The notes below the pieces were generated by a model that was not told the origin of the DNA, made no database searches, and worked only from the letters and a program-made list of their open reading frames with translations. A DNA stretch of 63,231 nt, filler included, from Stramenopiles sp. TOSAG23-2 (lineage: Eukaryota), in assembly GCA_900128395.1 (NCBI GenBank). It is 10 parts of 10 records of this genome, joined end to end, with 100 filler letters (N's around TTAATTAATTAA, not from the genome) between each part and the next. Parts side by side here need not be neighbours in the genome. Positions count along the whole stretch, not along the records: positions 7,575 to 15,032 come from LT650315.1; positions 15,133 to 22,590 come from LT650316.1; 8 more parts are not named here. One strand, 5' to 3'. How positions within the stretch are numbered: the stretch's first letter is position 1; each line of letters begins with the position of its first letter. This document shows positions 9,584-21,400 of this stretch, piece after piece. A program made the position numbers and the translations under genes.

Positions 9584-10750
9584 TCACATCTTAGACCGGT
9601 ATTTCTCACCATCCGCATCTTGATCTTTGATCCATGCTTTTCGTTTTTCCCACCCAGTAATATTGATTGGAGATGCCATAAGCTGTATGCCTTTAAATGA
9701 ATTATCATCTGTAACTTCTGTCAACATATTTCTAGCATTGAGTTGTGGTTCATGTATTGCTTCTTGCAATGTATTTACTTTTCCACATGGTACACCAGCT
9801 TTACTGAACAATCCCATCCATTCATCAGCAGTTCTGCCTGATAATGCATCTTCCAACATTGGTTTAAATATATGATAATTTTTGCGACGATGACCAGATG
9901 TTTTAAAACGTTTATCCGCATCTGCTTTCATCTCTGGTTTATTTATAACATCACAGATACTTTCATAAAAATGTGGTTGTATACCGATTAATCCTATATA
10001 CGTATTGGATTTACATCTATATACATCAAATGGTGCACCTGATCTTGATGATGAACCCATACGTTGTGGCTGATTTCCATTTTCAAAACCAGGATGATTA
10101 TTCATCGTGCGTTGTGTCAACGGTGCTACAATGGAATTCATGACGTCTAACATACCTATGTCCACATAACTACCAATACCTGTATGTTGCCTGCCAAATA
10201 AAGCACCTAAAATTCCAATTGCACCATAAAGTCCTGCGGTAACATCAGCAATTGGTGGTCCAGCACCAACAGGTGGTTTATCATGATATCCAGTCATTGA
10301 CATTAACCCGCTCATGGCTTGAATAATTACATCCATTGCTGGTCTCGATGTCCATGGACCAGTTTGTCCAAAGCCACTGACACTGCACATGATTAACTTT
10401 GGAAATTTCTTATGTACAACATCCCAACTATATCCCATTTTACCAATCACACCTGGTTTAAAATTTTCAACTAACACATCAGAATGTTTTAATAACTCAT
10501 CCAATTGTTGTTTACCAAGGTCACTTCGTAAATCTAATGATATACGTTCCTTATTATTAATTATCCAAGCAAAGAAAGGTTTATTAGCTGCCACTGTATC
10601 TCCAGTAGAATTTGTCTGCTCCACTTTTATAACTTTTGCACCTAAATCAGCTAATACACGAGTTGATTGTGGTCCAGCTAATTGCCTTGTTAAGTCTACT
10701 ACGATAATATTATGCAATGGCCCCTCTTTTAATTGATTTGGTGTGAACAT
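9584..10750 (-). CDS. CaiB/BaiF family (class III) CoA-transferase
   Basis: VVDLTRQLAGP, LADLGAKVIKVE, DVLVENFKPG, SVSGFGQTGP, QAMSGLM, catalytic-type Asp in PIADVTAG; ends -SKM. Confidence 0.95.
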   Translation of the reverse strand: MFTPNQLKEGPLHNIIVVDLTRQLAGPQSTRVLADLGAKVIKVEQTNSTGDTVAANKPFFAWIINNKERISLDLRSDLGKQQLDELLKHSDVLVENFKPGVIGKMGYSWDVVHKKFPKLIMCSVSGFGQTGPWTSRPAMDVIIQAMSGLMSMTGYHDKPPVGAGPPIADVTAGLYGAIGILGALFGRQHTGIGSYVDIGMLDVMNSIVAPLTQRTMNNHPGFENGNQPQRMGSSSRSGAPFDVYRCKSNTYIGLIGIQPHFYESICDVINKPEMKADADKRFKTSGHRRKNYHIFKPMLEDALSGRTADEWMGLFSKAGVPCGKVNTLQEAIHEPQLNARNMLTEVTDDNSFKGIQLMASPINITGWEKRKAWIKDQDADGEKYRSKM

Positions 10751-11426
10751 GATCTTCTTTCTGATGATTTTGTCTTTCTATTCCCAGCTCTTTTTGATGA
10801 TATTGTCTTTCTACCTTAGATTGGTATATCGATAGATCAATAGCTGTAATTTATATGTATATGTATGTATGTGTATATATGTGTCTGTATTAGGAGAGAG
10901 AAAGGTGCAAAGATGATTGCCAGATGATTGATTGGACGGACCAACTTTTAGCCATCACCCATCTGGCCATCCACACACCACACAGGCACACAGGTCGACT
11001 TACTCCGGGTATTAATACCTGGTCTCATGGCCCCTTAAAAATACAAACACAGGTGCACATCGTAGACGACACTACGCACCACATACAGTACATTAGACTA
11101 CTACAGCACCTACTACTGTATAGCAACTGCTGTACATTAACCTTAAAAACAACTTAACTGCAACAACAACTCTAACTCTAACTCACTCTGCTGGGAGACG
11201 AGAAGAACTTAAACTCTCAGAACTACTCTTCTTTCTAAATAATAACGAATTATAATACATTAAAGTCTATCATATATTTATTATATTTATATAGACAACA
11301 TATTCCAATTTATATTGTTGTGAAATATAGAACAAAACTTTTCTTATCTTTTTCTTTTAGTTTTTATTGAAATATTATTTATATATATACACATATATAT
11401 ACCATACATCATATTTAACAAATATT

Positions 11427-12743
11427 ATGATGATGATGAAAATACAAAACATTTTTTTCATTTTTGCATTTATTAATAGTGTTTTTGTAGTTAGTGCTAC
11501 ATTACAAGCAGCAACTGTAGCACCTTGGATTTCAAATATGGCATTAATTAAACAGACGAACGACAGAAAACCTATTTCAGTGCCACGTTATACTGTTAAT
11601 TTAGATTTACCACCTGAAAATAGATGGACTGAAATTGCGAAGCAGCCACAATTTGCGAATGCTAGTACCAGCATTATCAATTATTTAAAAAATTCGGTGC
11701 CAAAACATATATTTCCACTAATAGCTAAAATTGGGAAGGATATACAGAATTATTTTCCACAAGAGTTAGCGTTGGAAATGTCAGGGCTTGCAAAAGCATT
11801 TGGACCACCATTACAAATCGGTGATTTGGTAGCAGTGAATCTTGTAATGCAATTGGAACATATCGCACTCAATTGTTCAAACTGGAATGATACAGGCCCA
11901 ACGTTACCAAACGATCCAGGTTGCATGGATGTTGATCCAAAACAAACATGGTGTTATTGTAAAAAACATAAAAATGCATTTACGACATATGCAAATATTA
12001 AAAAAGAGATGGGCTTATCAAATGATGGACCTGGTTTATGTACATCTGTTGTTGCGGAAGATCCAAGTGGTAAAATTTATCATGGGCGTAATCTTGATTG
12101 GAATGTTCCATACATATTGCGTAAAATGACTGCTGATGTTGATTTTCAAAAAGGTAATGAAACTATATTTACTGGTACAACGGTTCTTGGTTATGTTGGT
12201 GTTTTCAATGGAATGAAAAAAGGTGTATTTAGTGCAAGTATTGATGCAAGGGATAAAGGTGGTAAGATCTTTGGAAATCTTCTTCAAGCGTTGTTACATA
12301 AAAGTTTGACACCATCGCAACATTTACGAATGACACTTCAAAGCGAAGATTCTTCAACGTTTGATACAGCAGTCAAAATGTTAAGTACTGGGCATTTAAT
12401 TGATCAAAATTATTTTATTGTCGGTGGAGTTCAAAAAGGTGAAGGTGCAGTAATTGCTCGTGATCGTAATAAAGCTGTTGATGTATGGCGAATGAATGAA
12501 ACAAGTTGGTATCGTTTAGAAACGAATTATGATCATTGGAATCCTGTCCCAAAAGCAGATGATCGTAGGCATCCTGGCATGAAGAATATGGATACAATGG
12601 GACAAACAGGTATAGGTGCCAGTGGTAATGGATTGTATATTAATGTTATGACGAAATGGCCAACATTTAATCATCATACGGATTATACAGGGATATTTTC
12701 AGCTGTAGAAGGCATATACACGAGTAACATATGGAGCGATTAA
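11427..12743 (+). CDS. N-acylethanolamine acid amidase / acid ceramidase family Ntn hydrolase, secreted or lysosomal
   Basis: Signal peptide from ATG 11427; YTVNLDLPPENRW, autocleavage nucleophile CTSVVA, HGRNLDW, LETNYDHW, DDRR. Confidence 0.93.
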   Translation: MMMMKIQNIFFIFAFINSVFVVSATLQAATVAPWISNMALIKQTNDRKPISVPRYTVNLDLPPENRWTEIAKQPQFANASTSIINYLKNSVPKHIFPLIAKIGKDIQNYFPQELALEMSGLAKAFGPPLQIGDLVAVNLVMQLEHIALNCSNWNDTGPTLPNDPGCMDVDPKQTWCYCKKHKNAFTTYANIKKEMGLSNDGPGLCTSVVAEDPSGKIYHGRNLDWNVPYILRKMTADVDFQKGNETIFTGTTVLGYVGVFNGMKKGVFSASIDARDKGGKIFGNLLQALLHKSLTPSQHLRMTLQSEDSSTFDTAVKMLSTGHLIDQNYFIVGGVQKGEGAVIARDRNKAVDVWRMNETSWYRLETNYDHWNPVPKADDRRHPGMKNMDTMGQTGIGASGNGLYINVMTKWPTFNHHTDYTGIFSAVEGIYTSNIWSD

Positions 12744-13048
12744 AAAAATTTTTTTTATCTTTTTTTATATATTACACTTCGTAATAATATTGCATATTAC
12801 GAACGTATATATATATATATCAATATATGATATGCATATTTTAAAAAAAACATTATATTTTATATGTGGTGGATGATAAATACTTCGTATGATATAATAT
12901 TATAATACTTTCGTATTTCGTATGATATGATAGCACGATACGAATAAAAAAGAAGAGAGAGAAAATTTATCTGATTTTGAACAAAAACCTCTTCGTTACA
13001 GTGGTTTTATACGGAGAACGTTAAATATTTTTTTAAAAAAAAATTTAC

Positions 13049-14515
13049 CTAAATTCTACGCGTAGAAATCACTCCATTCATTTTTAAGTCATTAATTATT
13101 TCATCAATTAACTTCATTTTAAAATTTGCAAATGCGTTTACATTGGCACTATTACTGGATGCTTCTATATTAACCATTTTCTTCATTAAAGATGATGCTT
13201 GTTTCTTCTGTGCAATATCATATATTTCCTCTAGGCTTGCTGTATAATCATCATTACTTTTTATTTTGTATGGTACTTTACAATTATATTTTTTTAATAT
13301 TTCAATTACACTTTCTAGATTATTGCCAAGATAGGAACCGGTACACACGATTGATTCATTGTTACAGCTATTTAAGGCTTCCATGAAATTATGTCCACCA
13401 ACTGAATTATTATTTGTTAAAGCACCACCAACATATATTAAATGTCCATATTCATAAAAAAATGGCAATATTCCAAAACAATCAACTAGAATTATATCAA
13501 AATCACCAATAATGTTATCGTCCTCATTCATAATTGATGACCATAATGTATATTTCAAATTATTCTTTTTAACTACTTGTTCGATTGCATTTATACGATT
13601 GATTTTGCGCGGAGCAATTACAGTAATAAGTTTATTATCTGCCTCTTCTTGTTGATTTACATTTTTATTACTTCTTCGTATTGATTGATGCAATTGAAAG
13701 ATCATTTCCTCATCTTCGAAATATGTACTCCCAGCGACACATGTAAACATAATATTATTTTCTAAAAGTATTTCCCTCATTATCTTGCGTTCTTTTTCAA
13801 AGGAATTCGTTGCATCATTATTAGTAACAATTAATTTCACATTTCCAAACATTTTGACATTTTCTTCTATTGCACCTAGTTTCACAAAACGTTGCACATC
13901 TTGATCTGTTTGGCATTGTATTGTATTAAAGTTTAAAATCATATTTTCAAATAATTGTTTACCTAAAGTATATTTCTTCCATTTCAAATATGAATTTTCA
14001 GATATTCTTCCATTCAAAAGTGCAAGTGGAATTGAGCGATTGTTGGCGCCATTAATTAGATTCGGCCATAAGTCAGACTCAAGAAAAATCCCACATGACG
14101 GTTTCCAATATTCAAAAAATAGGTCAACAATATTTGGAATATCAATCGGTGCATATATACAATGTAGTTGAAAGTTGAATTTGTTATGTGAATATTTATT
14201 TTCTATTGCCATTCTAGCACCAACTGTTCCAACAGTTAATAAAACATTATCAGCATCGACGTCGCGGGTATGTTCATTTATTGTATTTACAATATCTAAT
14301 GCTGTCATCGATTCCCCTATCGATGATGCGTGTATCCATATCGGTTGCTGTTTTACATGACGATTATTGATGTAACTACTATAATAAATCCCAAACCGTT
14401 CTTGGAAACGAATGATATCTATATCTTCCTTTTTATATATATTACGTCTAACAATAGATACATATGAGCGTATTACGGGCGATAAAAACGCAGTGACTGA
14501 TTTGTAAATTTCCAT
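13049..14515 (-). CDS. waaA: 3-deoxy-D-manno-octulosonic acid (Kdo) transferase, GT30
   Basis: IWIHASSIGE, YAPID, ESDLWPNL, NGRISENS, GNVK, AGST, APR, YVGG and GGHNFMEA in KdtA/WaaA order. Confidence 0.9.
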   Translation of the reverse strand: MEIYKSVTAFLSPVIRSYVSIVRRNIYKKEDIDIIRFQERFGIYYSSYINNRHVKQQPIWIHASSIGESMTALDIVNTINEHTRDVDADNVLLTVGTVGARMAIENKYSHNKFNFQLHCIYAPIDIPNIVDLFFEYWKPSCGIFLESDLWPNLINGANNRSIPLALLNGRISENSYLKWKKYTLGKQLFENMILNFNTIQCQTDQDVQRFVKLGAIEENVKMFGNVKLIVTNNDATNSFEKERKIMREILLENNIMFTCVAGSTYFEDEEMIFQLHQSIRRSNKNVNQQEEADNKLITVIAPRKINRINAIEQVVKKNNLKYTLWSSIMNEDDNIIGDFDIILVDCFGILPFFYEYGHLIYVGGALTNNNSVGGHNFMEALNSCNNESIVCTGSYLGNNLESVIEILKKYNCKVPYKIKSNDDYTASLEEIYDIAQKKQASSLMKKMVNIEASSNSANVNAFANFKMKLIDEIINDLKMNGVISTRRI

Positions 14516-14542
14516 TTCATTTTAGTTTTGTCTACGGATATA

Positions 14543-14546
<4 letters not shown>

Positions 14547-14582
<36 letters not shown>

Positions 14583-14780
14583 CCAACCACCACCAACCAT
14601 ATACCATATATAACCATTAGTTATAGCAAACGAAAACGGTGCAAAATAAAAGTAAAAGCCAAACCAGGCCAGCAGGCAAAGGTTTGGCGTTGCTTTGAGA
14701 GAAGAAAAACACACTTTTTTTAAAAATAACTATATTATTTAAACACACACACACATACATACACACACACACACACACAC
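14547..14780. repeat. (TA)n and (CA)n microsatellites
   Basis: TA run at ~14547-14578 and CA run at ~14743-14780. Confidence 0.9.
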
Positions 14781-14865
14781 AAATAACAAATACGCGTAAT
14801 CTCCTTTGGTGTAAAATTTTACGATACAAACTACGAATTAATACACATCAGCACGGGATAACCTT

Positions 14866-15032
14866 TCAAAAATATGGTTTCAATTTACTGTTGAATGTTT
14901 CATAACATGCCATGGATATAGCTGTTGCAGGTCCATGGAAACCCATTCTTGCACCAACGCCTTTAAAGAGAGACAAAAAACCTTCATGTTTCACCATTTG
15001 TTTTAAGCCATCAAATAAATTACGATATGGCC
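14866..15032 (-). CDS. Mitochondrial carrier (SLC25) protein, C-terminal fragment; missed by the ORF track
   Basis: Manual translation PYRNLFDGLKQMVKHEGFLSLFKGVGARMGFHGPATAISMACYETFNSKLKPYF* matches the EG..SLFKG...R....P..AI....YE signature. Confidence 0.88.
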
Positions 15033-15132
15033 NNNNNNNNNNNNNNNNNNNNNNNNNNNNNNNNNNNNNNNNNNNNTTAATTAATTAANNNNNNNNNNNN
15101 NNNNNNNNNNNNNNNNNNNNNNNNNNNNNNNN
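15033..15132. other. Artificial contig spacer
   Basis: N44-TTAATTAATTAA-N44. Confidence 0.99.
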
Positions 15133-15184
15133 AGAATTTAGGTTGAAAATGATGATTTTGATGAAATTTGATGAAAAATATGCG
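15133..15184 (+). repeat. Interspersed repeat copy at contig edge
   Basis: 46/52 identical to the reverse complement of 60179-60230 on another contig. Confidence 0.8.
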
Positions 15185-15489
15185 AGTTGTAATGGTATGA
15201 CATCCTAAGGCATGTATGTTTGTCCAATTCATTGAAGAATACTGTAAGATCTTTGATGTGTGCCACAGTGTGCCGGTGTGCACGTGAAGAAAAGCACGTC
15301 GTCGTTGCAAAAAAAAAAAATGAATAATAATAGTCTAATAATAATAACAAAAAAATCATTATAAAATAAAATAAAATAATAACAAAATCATTTTCTATAT
15401 TTGATATTAAATCAAATGATCGATGGAAGATCAAGACCAATAATTACAGAGCAAGGGACACATAAATTATTCAAATTTAAAAGAGTGAC

Positions 15490-18400
15490 ATGTCGACAAA
15501 ACACAACCAACACCATCACCATCACCATCACCATCACCATCGTCGAATTGAATGTGCTGCATTATTCTCATATGCAGGGAGTGAAGAAAGTATATCTATT
15601 GCGTGCGGTGAAATTGTACACTCAAAAATAGACCCACTAAACGCAGACGATGGATGGATATATATAGAGAAAGAAGATGAAACTAACGGATTTGTACCAG
15701 CAACCTATGTTGAAGCTACAGAAGATGGAAAATGGATTGTAGGCCGAGTCTTGTATGATTATGAAGGTGTATCATTAGGTACCGTTTGCGTAAAACGGGA
15801 ACAAATTATATTAGTAAATATCACGACGCTAGAGAAGGACTGGGTTGCTATCAAACGCCCAGAGTGCAAAGGTGGAGCAAAAGGGCACATACCAAAGACG
15901 TATGTAAAGATAATAAGTAAGGTAAAAAAGGAAGAAGACGACAAAGTGAGCAATGTTAAAAAAATTCAAGAACATGAAAAGACAAAAATTTATAGACGTA
16001 GAAAAAGTACGGCAAGATATAGTATTATAAAAAATAATATAAATCAAGTATTGTTGGATACTGATGTAATAATTTGCAAAGCTCTATATAATTTTGACTT
16101 AGGTGCGATTGATGACAGTTATTTAAATGACCCGAATGAGCCTGATCTTATACCTTTAACAGCTGGTGAAATTGTTCAAACTACACGTAAAGAATATAAA
16201 AAGACAACAGAATCTTGGATTTTTATAACAAAATGGAAAGACAATATTATGAAGGATGAGGGATTTGTACCACGATCATATTTGGAACAAACAACCGTCA
16301 ATAATAGCATTAAAACTAACGAATCTCCAAAAAAAGAAGTGTCTACCTCGACACCCGTAATGAAAAATAGCAATGGAAACCCAGAAAAAAACAATACGGA
16401 TATAGCTAATGATACACCAGATAAAGGTGATTTTGAAAAACGGAAATCTTATTTATTGGATGGCCTTCCAAAGCGGAATCGAAGCAGCAGTAAATCTGAA
16501 CCAAGAATAGTGACGAAGCAAAAGCGGCCAAGCAAAAGCGTCATGGATTTGTTATCTGATACTGAAGAAGCTTCCAATTATGCAAGCCGGTCAAGCCGGT
16601 CAAGCCTTGCAAGAACATCAAGTTTTTCAAGAACATCCACTCTTTTGAGTAGCCGAACTAACAGTATTATTTCATCTGATTCGTTATCATCAAGAACAAG
16701 TAGCATTAGTTCCTCTCGTGGTCGTCGCAGTCGTCGATTTAGCACTGATGATGATACAGCAAAACAGGAAAGAGTATATCGATATGTAAATAGCAAGCGG
16801 AGAAAATCACGTTTTGCAGCACGCAGAACAGAGGTAAAATCTGTTATATTGGATGAGACAACGATCAATACTGCAAATACTGCCAGTTTAGACAAATGGT
16901 ATACACCAAAAGTAGGACGAAGAGTTCAAGTAATCGTGAACCGTGCCAAACGTAAGCAAGCATCTGGTATTATCAAAAAAGTTGGAATTGAAAATACATT
17001 TAAAGTACAATTCGATCGTGAATGCAAAATTGATAAACAAATTGTAAAGGAAATAGATAATGTACCTAGACAAGATATTATTTCCTCTAGTTGGGCTAGA
17101 TTTAGTGGTAATGTCCCTCCATCCTTTCTGTCTTGTATGTCTGGTGGTGGAGCTGGCGGGGCGGATCGACCTGTACGGACTGTGAGAGACGTACCATTTA
17201 TGTCAGCATTAGCTAGAAGTGCAAAAGAACAAGGAAAGGAAGTAAGTGATATTGATCTCCAAGGTATTTTTCAAGCTTTTAGTTATAAGCGTTACCAACC
17301 AAATCAGATTATATTCAAAGAGGGCAGCGCAGGTGAGGAAATATACATCATATTGACGGGTAAAATATCTATAAAAACAAGCGGCAAAGAAATCAATACA
17401 TTGTCGAGTGGTGCGTGGTTTGGTGAAATAGCACTGTTTCAACGGAGCAGCCGGACGGCTGATTGTATTTCGATTGGTCACTCATGTCTCTTATTTTTGC
17501 GTAAGAATGACTTCAGGAAGCTAGAGATGGAATACGACTGGTTGAGAGGTGCTATGACAGCATTGACCGGCCAGCAAACAATAAAAATTTTAGGGCAAGT
17601 CGATTTTTTCGCCAATTTATCATCTCAACTTATTAAACGTTTAGCAGGCCTTTTTGTATATGCAAGCTTCGATCAGGGAAAAGTAATTGTCAATGAAGGT
17701 GAGACAGGAGAACATTTTTTTATATTGGTTCACGGTACATGTGATGTTAGCATCGAACGTCATGGCACATCAACTACCATTCATACCCTAGAAGCAGTAA
17801 ATCATTTTGGAGAAATAGCACTTGTTGAAAAAATCAATCGTACGGCAACTGTAACTGCTGCAAGCGATGTGACTTTGCTAGTCATATCAGCATCTAAATT
17901 TGAGAATTTTCTGACTCTTGCGCCTGCGACATTACGGCAGAAAATTCGAGATCGGATTGATTCAACGAAATCAGGGATGGTGAGAAACATTCCATTTTTC
18001 AAAGATATACAAGATAAATTGCTTACCAATTTAGCCTCAATGTTCAAACTAATAAATTATGAGAAAGGCTCGATTATATTCCAAGAAGGAGATAGAGGAA
18101 CCGAATTTTATGTCATAATGGAAGGGGAGTGTCTTGTTACTTCAATGAACAATGGATTATTAGCAACATTAAAAGCGGGCGATTTCTTTGGTGATTTGGC
18201 GTTGCTAAGGCAATCGAAACGTACAGCGACAATTAAATGTAAAACTTTTTGTCGTTTATTAGTCCTGAAGGCTTCTGAGTTTACAAGATTCTTGTCTATC
18301 GCACCGGAGCTAAAGCAAAAAATCAACGCCCATGTCCAACAAATTTCGAGAGAATCCGTTTTAGGCTCTCCCGGTTATCTCGAACAGGGCGAAAGCGGAA

Positions 18401-21400
18401 ATTCTTTGATTGGTGTTGATATTGATGCGTTATGTGGCCTTGGAGATGAAAAGGCAGACGTTGCATTCAAACATAGCGTCGAATGGAAGGAGGCACCATT
18501 GATACCCGATGTAGACGATGGAGTGATTACTGAACATCTTCCAGCAAATATTTTGAACCCAAAACGGCTATTTATAAATAGTTTTGTGAACGAAGAATAC
18601 TACAAGCAATGGGAGAAGTCGCATTCTGTTGAAGTTTTCAATGCCAGAATTTTTTTAAGTCCGTCAATATTCGTAGGTGCATCTGATTTAGATAGCTTTG
18701 AAATTCCTTGTTATGTATCTCGTAAAGTTGAAAAAGTGATCGAAAGCATTTCTGATTATCTATCAAACAAATTGATGCATACTGAAGTTTCGTTGCCAAA
18801 TTTTCAAAACTGTGGCTTAAAGGTATTAAATAGGAGTGATTACTTAGTTGAAAGAGATCGTACTATCGGACACTATTCATGTGTCCAAGAAACGCTTCGG
18901 ACAAATTCTACTATTGAGTTCGTTTTGATTGTAATACCAAATGCGCAATTTCAGGACGAACTACTTGGTGATGGGGAAGATATTAAAGATTTTGTAAGAA
19001 ATTCCAACACCACAGAGAGTGTAAATAGCACTACTGAGTCCTTTGCAAGCATGCAGAAAAGACTAAAGGTGTATACATCTATGGTAATTGAAGATTTTAA
19101 TGGCGTCAAATTTAATTTAAGTGGGAGCAAGAAAACATATAATTGTTTAAATTTAAACGAAGGTTCGGTTATTTTAACAGTCTATCCAGATGAAGCAGCA
19201 TTACATGAGAAATGGTGTGGTGCTATTATTGGCGGAAGAATCGGCATGGTACCACAGAAATGTATCGAAAGACTGTACCTAACTCCATCAGAAGAGTATA
19301 ACGTTGAAAGTTACCTGCAACATGATCGTATAAACAGGAAACGTACAGAATTGTATAAACAATCTTCGTCTTTCAATTCTACAAAATCAAACACAAGTGC
19401 GAAAAGACGAAGAAAATCTTCTTACCATGTATCTACAGTCACAGAAAGTATAAGAAATACTCTCGACTTGGCCGATGACCATATGATGGATAAAGGTTTA
19501 TATATTGCAGACTCACATGCATTTGACACGGCAATAACTGAAGTTGAAAATAAAAGAAATTCGGAAACATTGTTTTCTACTGACTGGATTGATAAAGTTA
19601 ATACAGGCGCATCGCATGTATTACGTCAAATTAGCAACCACGTATCTGGAGTAAATATAGGAATAGCAACAGATGGCGAAATAGATGGCAGTTATGCCCA
19701 TTCGAATGCAAAGACATTGTCAATACCATATCGACTTCGATTAAATGTGTTAAAAAACATGAAATCGCTTTTTAAACAAAGCCAAATTTCAGATGAGTTT
19801 GAATCCAATCGAAAATCGCTTGAGTCCGAGGGCTCTGTATGCATTTTGATCGAAGTAGTAGATGCCGGCCTAACAATTTCTTCTTGTACATATAGATTCT
19901 CGTCAGAAGAGTTACGAGAATTGGATCTTGCAGATGATTGCCACATCATGTCGCCATGGTTGTACTTTGCGCATGACGTGAAACAAGAAGGCGCAGATAC
20001 AACAATGAATACTCCTACGAGAGATGGAAGCCAATCAACTCAAGGTATTAGGTCTAATAAATATTTAGAAATTCTAAATTTACCACTAGCAGCAAAACTG
20101 TGTTTCACTGTGAAGTATGTATCAACGAACAATAAATTCGAAAAAGCGCAACTTTCATGGCAGCGAGGTACGTTATTAGGTGGAGCAACGATGTCAATAT
20201 ACTCCTTTAAGCGTTTGTTAAATTGTGGAAAGCAACATTTAGTTCTGAACCTAAACAAATTACCAGAAAAAAAAATAACAGTCAAAGGAAAATATACGAA
20301 AGATTCTATTGTTTTAGAAATTGAATTTGATACATTTGCAAAACATGTTGTTCGACATTTCCCACCACTTTTAAGACGGTTTCAAGGAAGGAAAAACACG
20401 CGAGCAAAAGATGAATGGGCAAATTTAACGAATATACCAAAAAAAGTTTTAGATGGATACAAAAAAACTGCAGAGCTGGTCTTCAATGCTGGCCCATCAC
20501 ACAATTTTACTGCGGATGAAAAATCACAAATTTGGGCATATCGCTTTCATTTAATGACGGAAGCACGCGCGTTGCCATATGTACTTCTATCAGTAGACAA
20601 AACAGATCCCAAGCAAGTTGATGAAATGTACAATCTTTTACGCGATTGGACACGACCAAAACCAGTATGTGCAATGGAATTATTGGATTATCGTTTCAGT
20701 GATTATCGTATACGTCAATATGCAGTTCGGATGATGGAAGAATTATCGGATAATGAATTAGCAGATTGCATGTTGCAATTAGTACAAGTATTAAAATTCG
20801 AACCTTACAATCGTAGCCCACTTGCATTTTTCTTACTACGTCGAGCTCTCCATAATCCACAAATAATTGGGCATAAACTGTTTTGGTTTTTGCGCTCGGA
20901 AATCGGCACGGGGGCAGACAAGAATGAAAGGTTTGCTAGCCTTTTGCTGCCGTATTTAAGAAGATCAAAAGTCCACGTCCAACATTTGACTTTACAAAGT
21001 GATATGAATCATTATTTACAAAATGCTGTCTTGGAGATAATGGAAGCGTCGAAAAGATTAGGCGGGGATAGATTGCAAGATTTTGCGCGAAAACGTCTTG
21101 ACAAATTAGTTAATGAAAAGCTTTTAAATGGAAAATCAATTTTATGCCTAGGATCAGAATGGCAAACGCGTCGTTTAATTATCGAGAAGTGTAAAGTCAT
21201 GAATTCAAAACAGAAGCCATTGTGGCTTGTATTTGAAAATGGGGAAGACACGAAGGACGCAAAGCCAATGTACGCAATGTATAAAGCAGGCGATGACTTG
21301 CGCCAAGATCAAATTACACTGCAATTACTTCGGTTCATGGATCGGTTGTGGATGACACATAAAACAGATGATGGTGTTCCTAAACCCCTCGATTTACGGT

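Noticed and set aside
13049-14515. Bacterial contamination as the source of waaA, caiB and ruvC-like genes
   Set aside because: The same contig carries NAAA, a mitochondrial carrier, microsatellites and targeting signals, with no operon structure
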